From a virus, in the IMG/VR virus record IMGVR_UViG_3300031555_005516: 64,000 nucleotides of DNA. One strand, given 5' to 3'. Under the pieces are notes generated by a model. That model was not told the origin of the DNA. It ran no database searches and saw only the letters and a list, made by a program, of their open reading frames with translations. Of this stretch, positions 36,233 to 46,300 are shown piece by piece. The number at the start of each line of letters is the position of its first letter. Positions within the stretch are counted from its first letter, which is position 1. The position numbers were made by a program, and so were the translations under genes.

Positions 36233-37638
36233 ATGTATAAGGCTTATATAACTACACTTAAAAATGTGCGCCCTCATCCCAATGCAGATAGACTGCTTCT
36301 TGCAGACTGTTTTGGAAATACTATATGCGTCTCTCTTGATTATAAAGAGGGACAGCTTGGTATCTATCTACCTACCGATGGTCAGGTATCAGTAGAATTT
36401 GCTAAACATAATAATCTACTTCGTAAGAAAGACGAAAATGGAGTGAATATAGGTGGCTACATGGATCCTGACAAACGCAATATAACCGCTATTCGTTTGC
36501 GCGGAGAGAAATCAGATGGTATTTTCCTTCCTTTATCTGCGCTCGACTATTGCTTCGAAGATGAGGCAGCCGCCGCGCATCTTAAAGAGGGAGATATAAT
36601 CGAAGGTCTTGTTAATGGACACGAGATTTGTTGCAAGTATATTCCTCGTTCTAATACTCGTCGCGGTTATGTATCAGATGGAAACAGAACTCGTAAGAAG
36701 AAGGTCTCTACCGCGCCTTTGTTCAAGGAGCATGCTGACACTGAGCAGTTAGCTTATAACCTTGGCGCTTTTAAGCCTGGTGACGAGATTGAGATCACGC
36801 TTAAGCTACATGGCACTAGTCAGAGAACTGGTTATCTGCCTACTCTAAAAGGATACAAGCGTAGCCTTTGGGATAAGATCACTCGAAAAGAAGGTACTCC
36901 TATATATGACTGGGGCGGTGTTTCTGGCACCCGCCGCGTAGTTCTTGAAGATTATGAAGGTGGGTTTTATGGCTCTAATGAGTTTAGAGAAAAACATTCA
37001 AAGACTTTTGAAGGAAAACTTTGGAAGGGCGAGACTATTTACTACGAGGTAGTTGGTTTTACAACCGATGGAAAGCCTATTATGGGAGATGCAAATAATA
37101 AAAAGCTAAATGATAAAGATTTTATTAAACAGTATGGTGAAACTACTCGTTTTTCTTATGGATGCGCTCCTGATGGTTTAAAGACAATGTATGGCAATGA
37201 TGATAATGGAGTTTTTTCTATTTCTGTGGAAGTCCCTCAGTCAGATATCTATATCTACCGTATGACTATGACTAACGAGGATGGTGATGTAGTTGAGTAT
37301 ACTCCTGACTTCATGCGTTATCGCTGTGAACAGATGGGAGTAAAAACCGTTCCTGTAATGTGGAAAGGTATTATTCCTGACCACTGCGCGTCAGCAGACG
37401 ATCCTACTATTTCTGCGGGTGAATGGGTTTTAAGGCAGAGCAGTTTTATGATGGTCCCGATCCGATAGGCAAGACCCATGTGCGCGAAGGCGTAGTGGTT
37501 CGTATTGTTAATAGGCCTAAGTTCGCCGCATTTAAACATAAAAATTTTAGTTTCAAATGCTTAGAGGGGCTGGTTAAAGCTGAAGCAACTGCTCCCGATG
37601 TAGAAGAAGCACAAGAAGTTGAAGTAACAGAAGAATAA
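36233..37638 (+). CDS. RNA ligase (Rnl2-like nucleotidyltransferase) with N-terminal tRNA-binding (Myf/EMAP-like) domain; interrupted by a -1 frameshift near 37423-37468
   Basis: N-terminus HPNADRLLLADC like the tRNA-binding domain HPNADKL; motif I LKLHGTSQ (KxHGxN); motif IV EGVVVRIV and motif V KFAAFKHKN lie in the second frame (ORF 37423..37638), which overlaps ORF1 by 45 nt. Confidence 0.5.
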
Positions 37639-37646
37639 AAATAAAA

Positions 37647-37671
37647 AAGCCACGACTATGTGGCTTTTTTG
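37647..37671 (+). terminator. rho-independent terminator
   Basis: aagccacgactatgtggctt + ttttt. Confidence 0.75.
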
Positions 37672-37697
37672 ATTTTTTATAAAAATTATGTTATAAT
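37669..37697 (+). promoter_or_regulatory. Class II promoter
   Basis: TTGATT 37669-37674, TATAAT 37692-37697. Confidence 0.65.
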
Positions 37698-38051
37698 AAA
37701 TTATAAAAGAAATGAAAGAGAGAAAATAAGATGTTTACAGATGCAAAAACGGTAAGAGAAATAGCAAACAAAATAAATACAAATAAAAGACAAAGAGCAA
37801 GAGAAGTTGTCTAAGCTGAATGGGAAGAATTTATTGCTCCGAGAATTATTGCAGCCGCAGAGGTTGGCACTTATACCTGTAGTTATTTTTGGGCTGCTAA
37901 TACACTGATGGAACAGGGTGTTGATATGCATCTTTTTCAAGATGAGTTAAAAAAGTTTTTAGTTTTACTCGGATATAATGCAGAAATAGGAACCGATGAA
38001 CTTATGGGAGCAATAGTAAAAATAACGGTATATATAAATTGGAGGAACTAA

Positions 38052-38513
38052 ATGAGTAAATTGATTATGATGGTAGGTATTCCAGGATCGGGTAAGTCGA
38101 CCTATATTAAAAATAATTTTCCAGATATAACACCTGTATCAAGAGATGCAATCCGTTTTGAATCACTTGATGAAAGAGGCGGCGAATACTTTGACTACGA
38201 AGATGAAGTTTTTGATAAGTTTATTCGTCAAATTATCGGTAGCCTTGTAGCAGATGAAGTAACAATAGCAGATGCTACTCATCTTAATAAAAAATCACGC
38301 GCAAGAGTGCTTGATAAAGTGCGTAAGTTTGCAGATGAAATTGAGGCAGTGGTACTCGATACAAGTGTAGAAACTGCATTTAAAAGAAATGACCAACGCG
38401 AAGGGCGCGCTTGGGTTAAGCATGGTATTATCCGCCGTATGTTTTTCACAATGGAGATGCCTGAAGAGGCAGAGGGGTTTAATAAAATAACTGTTATAAA
38501 GGAGGAAGAGTAA
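38052..38513 (+). CDS. pnk: polynucleotide 5'-kinase (P-loop kinase domain, T4 Pnk-like)
   Basis: 153 aa; Walker A GIPGSGKST, SRD motif, lid R residues; operon with phosphoesterase and RNA ligase. Confidence 0.65.
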   Translation: MSKLIMMVGIPGSGKSTYIKNNFPDITPVSRDAIRFESLDERGGEYFDYEDEVFDKFIRQIIGSLVADEVTIADATHLNKKSRARVLDKVRKFADEIEAVVLDTSVETAFKRNDQREGRAWVKHGIIRRMFFTMEMPEEAEGFNKITVIKEEE

Positions 38514-39076
38514 TGAGTAAGATTTGGATCACGTCGGATCTGCATCTGGGGCATGACCGCGAATTTATTTGGGGCGCCCGAGGCTATGCAGATGTAAATG
38601 AAATGAATATTAAGCAGATTGAGAAATTCAATTCTGTGGTATCTGACGAAGACGAAGTATGGATTCTTGGAGATCTCGTTCTTGGCGACATTGAAGGCGG
38701 CCTAGCGCTTCTTAAGCAGCTTAAAGGTAAAATTCATGTTTGTCTCGGAAATCACGATACTTCAAGGAGAGAGCAGGCTTATCGCGATATGGGCTGGGAT
38801 GTGCAGCTTTGCGCGCGCCTAAAATATAAGAAAATCAACTTTTATCTTTCACATTATCCTACTATTACTCACAACCTTAAGGAGAAAGAACTCTGGCAGG
38901 TTGTAGTGAACTTATATGGTCACCTTCATCAGACATCTAACTTTTATAAAGGAGATCCTTGGATGTATCACGTAGGAGTGGATAGTCATGACGGATACCC
39001 TGTTTCTCTTGATCAAGTTCTCGAAGATATCAGAGCAGAAATGAATAAATGTGAGGAGATGCTTGATAATGACTAA
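38513..39076 (+). CDS. calcineurin-like metallophosphoesterase (candidate 2',3'-cyclic phosphate / 3'-phosphate end-healing phosphatase)
   Basis: motifs DLHLGHD, GDLVLGD, GNHD, H...H typical of lambda-phosphatase-like binuclear metallophosphoesterases. Confidence 0.65.
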   Translation: MSKIWITSDLHLGHDREFIWGARGYADVNEMNIKQIEKFNSVVSDEDEVWILGDLVLGDIEGGLALLKQLKGKIHVCLGNHDTSRREQAYRDMGWDVQLCARLKYKKINFYLSHYPTITHNLKEKELWQVVVNLYGHLHQTSNFYKGDPWMYHVGVDSHDGYPVSLDQVLEDIRAEMNKCEEMLDND

Positions 39077-39174
39077 TATGATACACATTATAGCTCCTAT
39101 TTGGGAGTGGATTATAACAAATAGATTTGAAATCGAAAGATTAATAAATAATTGGATAGAAGGAGATAACTAAT

Positions 39175-39603
39175 ATGAAACATACTCTTATAGAAACACT
39201 TCACGATGAAGCACAGCACGCCTATATTGTAACAATAGGAACCAATATGGGGCAATTTACAGGCGCCGTTCAATGCAAAGAAGAAGATTATTATAACGAA
39301 TCAAGATATTTCGGCTTTGAGCTTGCTGAAATGAAGGCTGAGATTGAATATTGCCGAGCTCAGCGAAGACATTGGAATGATCGTCTAAAGGCACTTACTC
39401 AGTTTTGGAGAGAGATGTCTGCAACTCGCACTTATGATCAGGACGCGTTTTGGGTAAAGAAAATGCGCATAGCTGTTGATGATGCTCGTAATAAGCGTTG
39501 TTATTGGGCAGATAGAATTATTACTCTAAAATCTCTTTATTATGAAAAAATAAAGAATTTTGATGCGGCTAATGCAAATCGTAAAAGCTTTAAAGAGGTT
39601 TAA
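39175..39603 (+). CDS. hypothetical protein
   Basis: 142 aa. Confidence 0.45.
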   Translation: MKHTLIETLHDEAQHAYIVTIGTNMGQFTGAVQCKEEDYYNESRYFGFELAEMKAEIEYCRAQRRHWNDRLKALTQFWREMSATRTYDQDAFWVKKMRIAVDDARNKRCYWADRIITLKSLYYEKIKNFDAANANRKSFKEV

Positions 39604-39606
39604 GAT

Positions 39607-39909
39607 ATGATAGATACTTATAAGACGAATATTATTAACTAGGGTTTAGATAATGAGCCGCCTAATATTACCCCATTAAATCTAAATACCCTTACTCTTG
39701 AACGAAATTCTGTTCTTGTTGCACGCTTTTCTAAAGATAGCGGATATGATATAGATGAATTACGCGAACTAAGAAAGATGCTAAAAGAAACTTTCCCATG
39801 TCATCAAGTTATTGTTTGGTATGATGATGTTGATTTTATGGTAATAAATGATAATGGATATAAAGCAGAAAGGTTAACAGGATTAAATGAAGACTCGAAT
39901 TACTATTAA
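39607..39909 (+). CDS. hypothetical protein with one in-frame TAG
   Basis: MIDTYKTNIIN-TAG-GLDNEPPNITP... 100 codons open apart from the TAG; absent from ORF track. Confidence 0.4.
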
Positions 39910-40501
39910 AAATACTTTTCGACATTTTGGAAAAATATGTAAGCATAAATATTGGGTATTTTATTATTGTTGTAAAGCAGGTATCCCTTGGCGCGGAATT
40001 AAACACGATATGTCCAAGTTCTCACCGACTGAATTCTGGGAGTCGGTGAGATATTATCAAGGTAATCGCTCTCCTATTGATGCCTGTAAGGAAGATAAAG
40101 GCGTCTCTAAAGCATGGCTACATCATAAAGGGCGTAATTCTCATCACTACGAATATCACCAAGACAACTTTGATAACGGTGGACAGCCGCTTCAAATGCC
40201 TTATAAAGATGCTGTTGAAATGCTTTGTGATTATCTCGGCGCCGGGCGCGCTTATATGGGGAAGGATTTCACTTACCAAAAGGAATATGAATGGTGGTGT
40301 AAAAAATGTGAAAAGCCTTTAGCAATGCATCAAAATACCAAAGATTTTATTACCCACGCATTAAAACAGTTAACTCATGGGTTAAAATTACAAGATATTG
40401 ATTTAGCATGGATTTATGAATGGTATGAATCTCGTGAATTAACAGAAGAGTTTTATAAGGGTGTAAAAGAGTCTTTAGAAAAGGAGAAATCTAATGGCTA
40501 A
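39887..40501 (+). CDS. hypothetical protein
   Basis: 204 aa ORF. Confidence 0.45.
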   Translation: MKTRITIKNTFRHFGKICKHKYWVFYYCCKAGIPWRGIKHDMSKFSPTEFWESVRYYQGNRSPIDACKEDKGVSKAWLHHKGRNSHHYEYHQDNFDNGGQPLQMPYKDAVEMLCDYLGAGRAYMGKDFTYQKEYEWWCKKCEKPLAMHQNTKDFITHALKQLTHGLKLQDIDLAWIYEWYESRELTEEFYKGVKESLEKEKSNG

Positions 40502-40991
40502 ATACTATGCATATACAGATGGTTCTAGTCGCGGAAACCCTGGTCCAGGTGGTTGGGGAATGATCGTGATGAGCGGAGACGATTCTGAAATTCTTTTCTT
40601 AGAACACGATTCTGAAGATAATGTAACCAATAACCGTATGGAACTTAAAGCAATGATTTGCGCCCTCAATTATGCAGAGTCTAATCCACAACATCAATTC
40701 GTTATTTACTCTGATAGCGCCTATGTTGTTAATAGCATTACTCAATGGGCCGATACCTGGGCTAAGAATAATTGGACAAAAAAAGATAAAAAACCTATTC
40801 AAAATTTAATATATATACAAGAAGCTTATAAATTATATCAACAACTTAGTTTTGCCACGCAAATTCTGCAAGTACCAGGACATGCAAATATATTAGGTAA
40901 TGAATTAGCAGATTGCTTAGCTACAGGTAATATAAAACAATTTAACAAGCTTTGTGAAGAGTATAATATTAAATACAAAGGAGAAACCTAA
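40494..40991 (+). CDS. rnhA: ribonuclease H (RNase HI)
   Basis: YTDGSSRGNPGPGGWGMI...NNRMELKAMICAL...VIYSDSAYVV...NWTKK; catalytic DEDD arrangement. Confidence 0.75.
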   Translation: MAKYYAYTDGSSRGNPGPGGWGMIVMSGDDSEILFLEHDSEDNVTNNRMELKAMICALNYAESNPQHQFVIYSDSAYVVNSITQWADTWAKNNWTKKDKKPIQNLIYIQEAYKLYQQLSFATQILQVPGHANILGNELADCLATGNIKQFNKLCEEYNIKYKGET

Positions 40992-40992
40992 T

Positions 40993-41850
40993 ATGGATCA
41001 AAAAAAATATCTTGTTTATATGCACGAAAGAAAAAAGACTGGTTAGAAATACTTTGGTATCACTTCTGCTTCTGCCACGGCTAGATGGCGTAATGGTAAC
41101 GGGTATAACAAAAATTAGCGTTTTTGGCGAGATATACAAGAAGACGGATGGCAAGAAGGATTTATCCATTCTATTTTACATGAAAATCTGTCTGAAAAAG
41201 AAGCTTTAGAACTAGAAACAAAATATATTTTACAATACGAAACTTATCTTCCAGAAAAGGGCTATAATAAAAGAATTAAAGATGGATGTAGAGATGCTTT
41301 ATCAAATGAAGCTCGTCAAAATATGTCACAAGGACAAATAATAAGATATTAGCGAGAAGAAGAACATATTAAACAATCTATAAAAACAAAAGAAAGGTTG
41401 CAATAGTATCCTGAGCTTAAAGAATAGTGCGTACAAGCATTATAGAATTGGCGAAAAAATTTATCGCCTGAAGAAAAGCAAAAACATGATAATGCATACG
41501 GCTATGCTGTTAAGTGTTTAGAGACAGGTCAAATTTATCCTACTATTAGTGAAGCTGCACGAAAAACACATTGCGATAGAAAAGGTATCAATCGTTGTGT
41601 TTTAGGTCAAGCGCTATCCATTAATGGTAAACATTGGGTGAAAGCAGATGATAATATAACTACAATCGAAATAATTGAGAGTCGTCGTAAAAAAACAGGC
41701 CGAGCTCGATCTATAATTTGTTTAGAAACGGGTGAAATATTTTTAAGCATTGGAGATGCGGAACGAAAATATGGAGGAGACATTTAGCATTGCGTTATGG
41801 GTTTGCAGCAAACAGCTGCGGGATATCATTGGGAATATTATAATTCATAA
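40993..41850 (+). CDS. GIY-YIG homing endonuclease with NUMOD3 repeats; 7 in-frame TAG codons
   Basis: 285 codons with 7 TAG and no TAA/TGA; YLVYMHERKKTG-TAG-KYFGITSA (GIY-YIG), two TG(Q/E)IY(P/L)(T/S)I(S/G)(E/D)A(A/E)RK NUMOD3-like repeats. Confidence 0.65.
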
Positions 41851-41874
41851 CCAGTTCCCTATTGATTAATTTAA

Positions 41875-41902
41875 TTGATTTCTTAAAAAAATTTAATTAT
41901 AA
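41875..41902 (+). promoter_or_regulatory. Class II promoter driving the suppressor tRNA
   Basis: TTGATT 41875-41880, TATAAT 41897-41902. Confidence 0.6.
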
Positions 41903-41933
41903 TATATATGTAATAAGTTAAGAAATCAATATT

Positions 41934-42009
41934 GCGGAGTAGCCAAGCGGGAAGGCGGCACTCTCTAAAAGTGCATATGCGTGAGTTCGAATCTCACCTC
42001 CGCCGCCAT
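41934..42009 (+). tRNA. amber suppressor tRNA, anticodon CTA, tRNA-Gln-like body (tRNA-Sup(CTA) / Gln)
   Basis: acceptor tgcggag/ctccgcc (U1, G73 as in tRNA-Gln), D-arm gccaagcgggaaggc = tRNA-Gln D-arm, anticodon stem gcact/agtgc perfect with loop ctCTAaa, T-arm gtgag-ttcgaat-ctcac, CCA encoded. Confidence 0.7.
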
Positions 42010-42072
42010 TATTTAAACTCCTTTGAATTTTCAAAGGAGTTTTTATTTTATTTATTAATAAGGAGTTTCAAT

Positions 42073-42546
42073 ATGAATAAACAAAAATTTGATGCTTATC
42101 TGCAAAAGCTATATGAAGAATTAAACAAAGACTATAGATATGAAAAAGAAAGATGTTCGCGCCTTTATCCTGATTGGAAAGATGACGAATTCAATATGCT
42201 TGACAATCTTTTTATTTGGGGATACAATATAGATAAAAATATAACTCCTTCTTTCTACTCATGGGATGACGCTTATATCTATTATAACAGAGTTTCTAAA
42301 AAATACTTTATGACAATAGATACAGGATTTTATAATTTAAAGTATAATGCTGAGTTGGCTCGGACAGAAATCCAGCGTCTTCGTGAAATTGATTTGGCTT
42401 TTAGAAATTTTTTAGCCGAAAATGATCTTCCAATGATTGAACCTGTTTTTCCCTATAATGATCCGGCGCTCGAAGCTGATACTCTTCCTCAATTATATTT
42501 TAAATTTAGAGTAATGTTAGAAGGATATAAACAATATCTTCATTAA
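42073..42546 (+). CDS. hypothetical protein
   Basis: 157 aa from ATG 42073 after RBS aggag (track ORF 41932 start overlaps the tRNA). Confidence 0.45.
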   Translation: MNKQKFDAYLQKLYEELNKDYRYEKERCSRLYPDWKDDEFNMLDNLFIWGYNIDKNITPSFYSWDDAYIYYNRVSKKYFMTIDTGFYNLKYNAELARTEIQRLREIDLAFRNFLAENDLPMIEPVFPYNDPALEADTLPQLYFKFRVMLEGYKQYLH

Positions 42547-42619
42547 GGTCAATATTATTTAATTTTATTGATTTTCTTTTAATATATTATTAGAAAATAT
42601 ATTAAAGGAGGAAAAACCT

Positions 42620-43242
42620 ATGAAATTAAACACCGCGCGCTTGCGCATTTTAATTGGTATATTAAGTATGGCACTTCCTTGGATTGTTGCTTTACTCTTC
42701 GGCGGCATACCCTCATCTATTTCCGCCACTTATTATATCGCTCAATGTATAACCCCTTTTATGGGAATCTTATGCTCAGCATCTTTTCTTTTGATTTCCT
42801 ACCGAGGATATACTAAATTGGATGATATTATTCTGACACTTGCAGGAATATGTGGCTTGCTTATCTGTTTCTGTCCCTGTTGGGATGCATTAGCGCCGGC
42901 GCTAGTAGGAACCTTTTAGATTCCTGTAAACATTAGTGCAACCATTCATAATGTATCAGCTATTGTATTCTTCGGTCTTCTTTCTTACAACTCTTTATTT
43001 TTGTTTACAAAATCAAGCGGAGAAATGACTAAAAAGAAAAAGGCGCGTAATATTATCTATAGAATTTGCGGAATTGGAATGATTGCTTCATTTGGCATTT
43101 TGTTATTACCTTATTTCCGTATTTAGATTTGGTTAATAGAAACCATTGCGCTTTCTTTCTTTGGCATTAGCTTTTTAACTAAAGCAGATGTATTCCCATT
43201 CTTATTCTGTGATACAAGTTATAAACAAGGCGATGATTAATA
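42620..43242 (+). CDS. polytopic membrane protein with two in-frame TAG codons
   Basis: track ORF 42620..42919 continues in frame through TAG at 42917 and a second TAG to TAA at 43240; hydrophobic throughout. Confidence 0.45.
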
Positions 43243-43249
43243 ATTAAAT

Positions 43250-43284
43250 AATAAGCCTCAGATTTAATCTGAGGCTTATTTTGT
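43250..43284 (+). terminator. rho-independent terminator
   Basis: aataagcctcagatttaatctgaggcttattttg. Confidence 0.7.
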
Positions 43285-43312
43285 TGAAATTTTTGAAAAA
43301 ATATGTTATAAT
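43284..43312 (+). promoter_or_regulatory. Class II-like promoter (TTGAAA)
   Basis: TTGAAA 43284-43289, TATAAT 43307-43312. Confidence 0.55.
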
Positions 43313-43368
43313 ATAGTATAAGTAAATAAAAATGAATAAAAAATAAAATAAAGTAAAGGAGAAAATGA

Positions 43369-46300
43369 ATGACACAAAATTATCAAGCAGATAATATTAA
43401 ATCTCTTGATTACTTTGAGCATATCCGAAAGTATCCCGGTATGTATATAGGAAGTAAGGATGCAAAAGGATTACTTCATTGTGTAAAAGAGATAATTTCT
43501 AATAGTATTGATGAATATTTAAATGGAGCTGGTAATCAAATAAAAGTAACTATTTTACCAAACAATGGTATTCGCATAGAAGATAATGGGCGCGGCATTC
43601 CGCATGGTAAACATCCAAGTGGTTGTAGTGTGCTTCAAGCTTGTTTTGGTATTGCAAATACTGGCGGTAAATTTGATAATGCTACTGGAGAATCTGGATA
43701 TAATACTTCTGGCGGAGAACACGGAACTGGAGGTAAGGCTGTAAATGCTTTATCTAAATCTATGATTGTAAAAACCCGCCGCGAAGGCATTGAAGAAATC
43801 GTAGAATTTTCAAGAGGTCAATTTATTTCTCATAAAGAGAATAAAATTGACAAATCGATCACTGGAACTTCTGTTGAATTCTATCCTGACCCAGAAGTCC
43901 TTGAAACAGTAGAGTTTGATATTAAAGGTATTCGAGATATGATTCGAGAATTTAGCTTTTTATGCAAAGGGCTACATTTTATTTATACCGTTTTAGATAC
44001 AAAAGAAGATTTCTATTCTGAGCGCGGACTTGCAGATTATATGGATTATTTAAATCCAAAAGGAGAGTTTATAGCTGATCCTTTCTACTTCAATAGCGAA
44101 GAAGGTAAGTTTCAACTCGAGGTTGCTATTGGATATAGTAAATCTTATTCTTCTGTTATTAAACTATATACAAACAATATTCCCCAAGAAAAAGGAACTC
44201 ATTTGACAGGTTTTAAAACAGCTTGGACAATGGGATTAAATAATTTTGCAAGAGAAAATAAGTTAATTAAAGAAAAAGAAGAAAATCTTACTGGTTCAGA
44301 CTATGAAGAAGGTATGATTTTAATTCTAAACTTTAAGATGATTGATCCTGTTTTTAAAGGACAAAATAAAGAGGAGCTTAGTTCTTCTGAAGGTAGAACT
44401 TATGCGCAGAAGCTAACAACTCAAGCTCTTGGAGATTTAACATCTTCTTATAAAAATGCCTTTAAAACAATTATTGAAAAAGCCTTATCTGCAAGGAAAG
44501 CAAGAGAAGCTGCTAAAAAGGCGCGCGACGCGGCTCGAGGCGATAAAAAGAAAAAGGAAAAGGCGCTTAAGTTTGATTCAAAATTAGCAGACTGTTATTC
44601 AAAGGTTCGCGCTAACTGTGAAATTTACGTGACGGAAGGCGATAGCGCCTCCGGCAATATGAAAGCTGCCCGCGATAATGAGTTTCAAGCAGTGCTGCCC
44701 GTGCGCGGAAAGATATTAAATACGCAAAAAGCAGCCTTAGATAAAATTCAAAAGAATGCAGAAATTATGACTATGATTGAAGCCTTTGGTCTTAAAACCG
44801 ATCCGAAAACAATGAAGCTAACGTATGATAAAGACTCACTGCGCTATGGGAAGATTATTATAGCTGCCGATGCGGATGCAGACGGTGAACGAGTTTAAGT
44901 TGCGCCGATGAAAAACTTTACTGCTAACCAGCAGGGTATTGAAAAATTTAAAATTTTTGGTTAAAATTAGAATATGTGATTAGTACGATTTTCATATAAT
45001 AATAGAACAGAGATAAGAATTTTTCAATGCTAACGGGGAAGCCTGAGTATTGGTAATCCCGTGGGAACATTTATTAACTCTTATCTCCAAATACAAAAAG
45101 GAGATATATTATGATAGGAATTTATAAAATTACTAAAAAATCTAATGGAAAGTGTTATATTGGACAAACTAATGATATAAAAAGGCGCTTCTCTGAGCAT
45201 AAAAGAGGAGATAGAACCGATATCCCAGTAGACGTAGCTATTGGTTTATATGGAACTGAAGCTTTTGATTTTGAGATATTAGAAGAATGTTCATTAGAGC
45301 AATTAAATGAAAGAGAACAGTATTGGATTGCTTATTATAAAAGTTATCCAAATGGATACAATTGTAATCCCGGAGGAGAACAAGCATCTGTTGGTTCTTT
45401 AAATGGTAATGCAAAATTAAACGAAGAAGATGTTATGATAATTCGTAAAGCATACGCTAAGCATCTTCGCCAAAAAGATGTATATGAATTATTTAAAGAT
45501 AAAACTACTTTTAGTAACTTTCAATCTGTTTGGCAGGGTAGAACTTGGGCACACATTATGCCCGAGGTTTTTACCAAAGAGAATAAAGATTATTACATCT
45601 ATGAAAATAGCCGTGGCTCAAAAGGTAAAGATGCTCATTTTACAGATGAAGAAATTATTGCTATTCGCACTCGTTATATTAATGAAACTGCGAAGCAAAT
45701 TTATGAAGATTATAAAAACAGAGTCGCTTATCAAACTTTCCAAATGATTTTATGGGGTCGTTATTATGATAACCTTCCTATTTACAAGAAAAAAGAAAAA
45801 AAATGGGTTAATATTTGACCTGTATCGACTATTCCTTAAGCCTTCTGGGCAAGGAAGTAAGGCTGCTATTGGTACGCAGTTGGATTTTAGGAAACGAAGT
45901 CCATTAAATGCTGAAATGGTTTCCTCTCAAACAGAGAGTAAAAGATAGTCAGGAGAAATACTCAATTCTAATGTTTAATGGCACACATTAGAAACTTGTT
46001 TTACACATTTATATGGAATTTTTGCCCCGCTTTAATTGAAAATGGATATGTATATGCACTTGTGGCGCCGCTCTATAAGATTACGATGGGTAAAGATACT
46101 TATCTGTATTTAAGAGACGATAAAGAGTTGGCTGAGTTTCAAGAGAAAAATAGAGGAAAAAAGTATCAGGTCAATAGATTCAAAGGATTAGGCGAGATGT
46201 CAGAGGACGAGACTGAAATTCTTGTAGACCCAGGCTTAAGAGTGTTGAATCAGGTTACGGTTGAAGAAGCAAAGAAAGCAGATGTTTTGTTTGATCAGCT

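Noticed and set aside
45478-45948. Track ORFs 45478..45747 and 45766..45948
   Set aside because: The first is an alternative frame inside the GIY-YIG endonuclease gene. The second lies in the 3' part of the gyrB intron, where a catalytic RNA core is expected.
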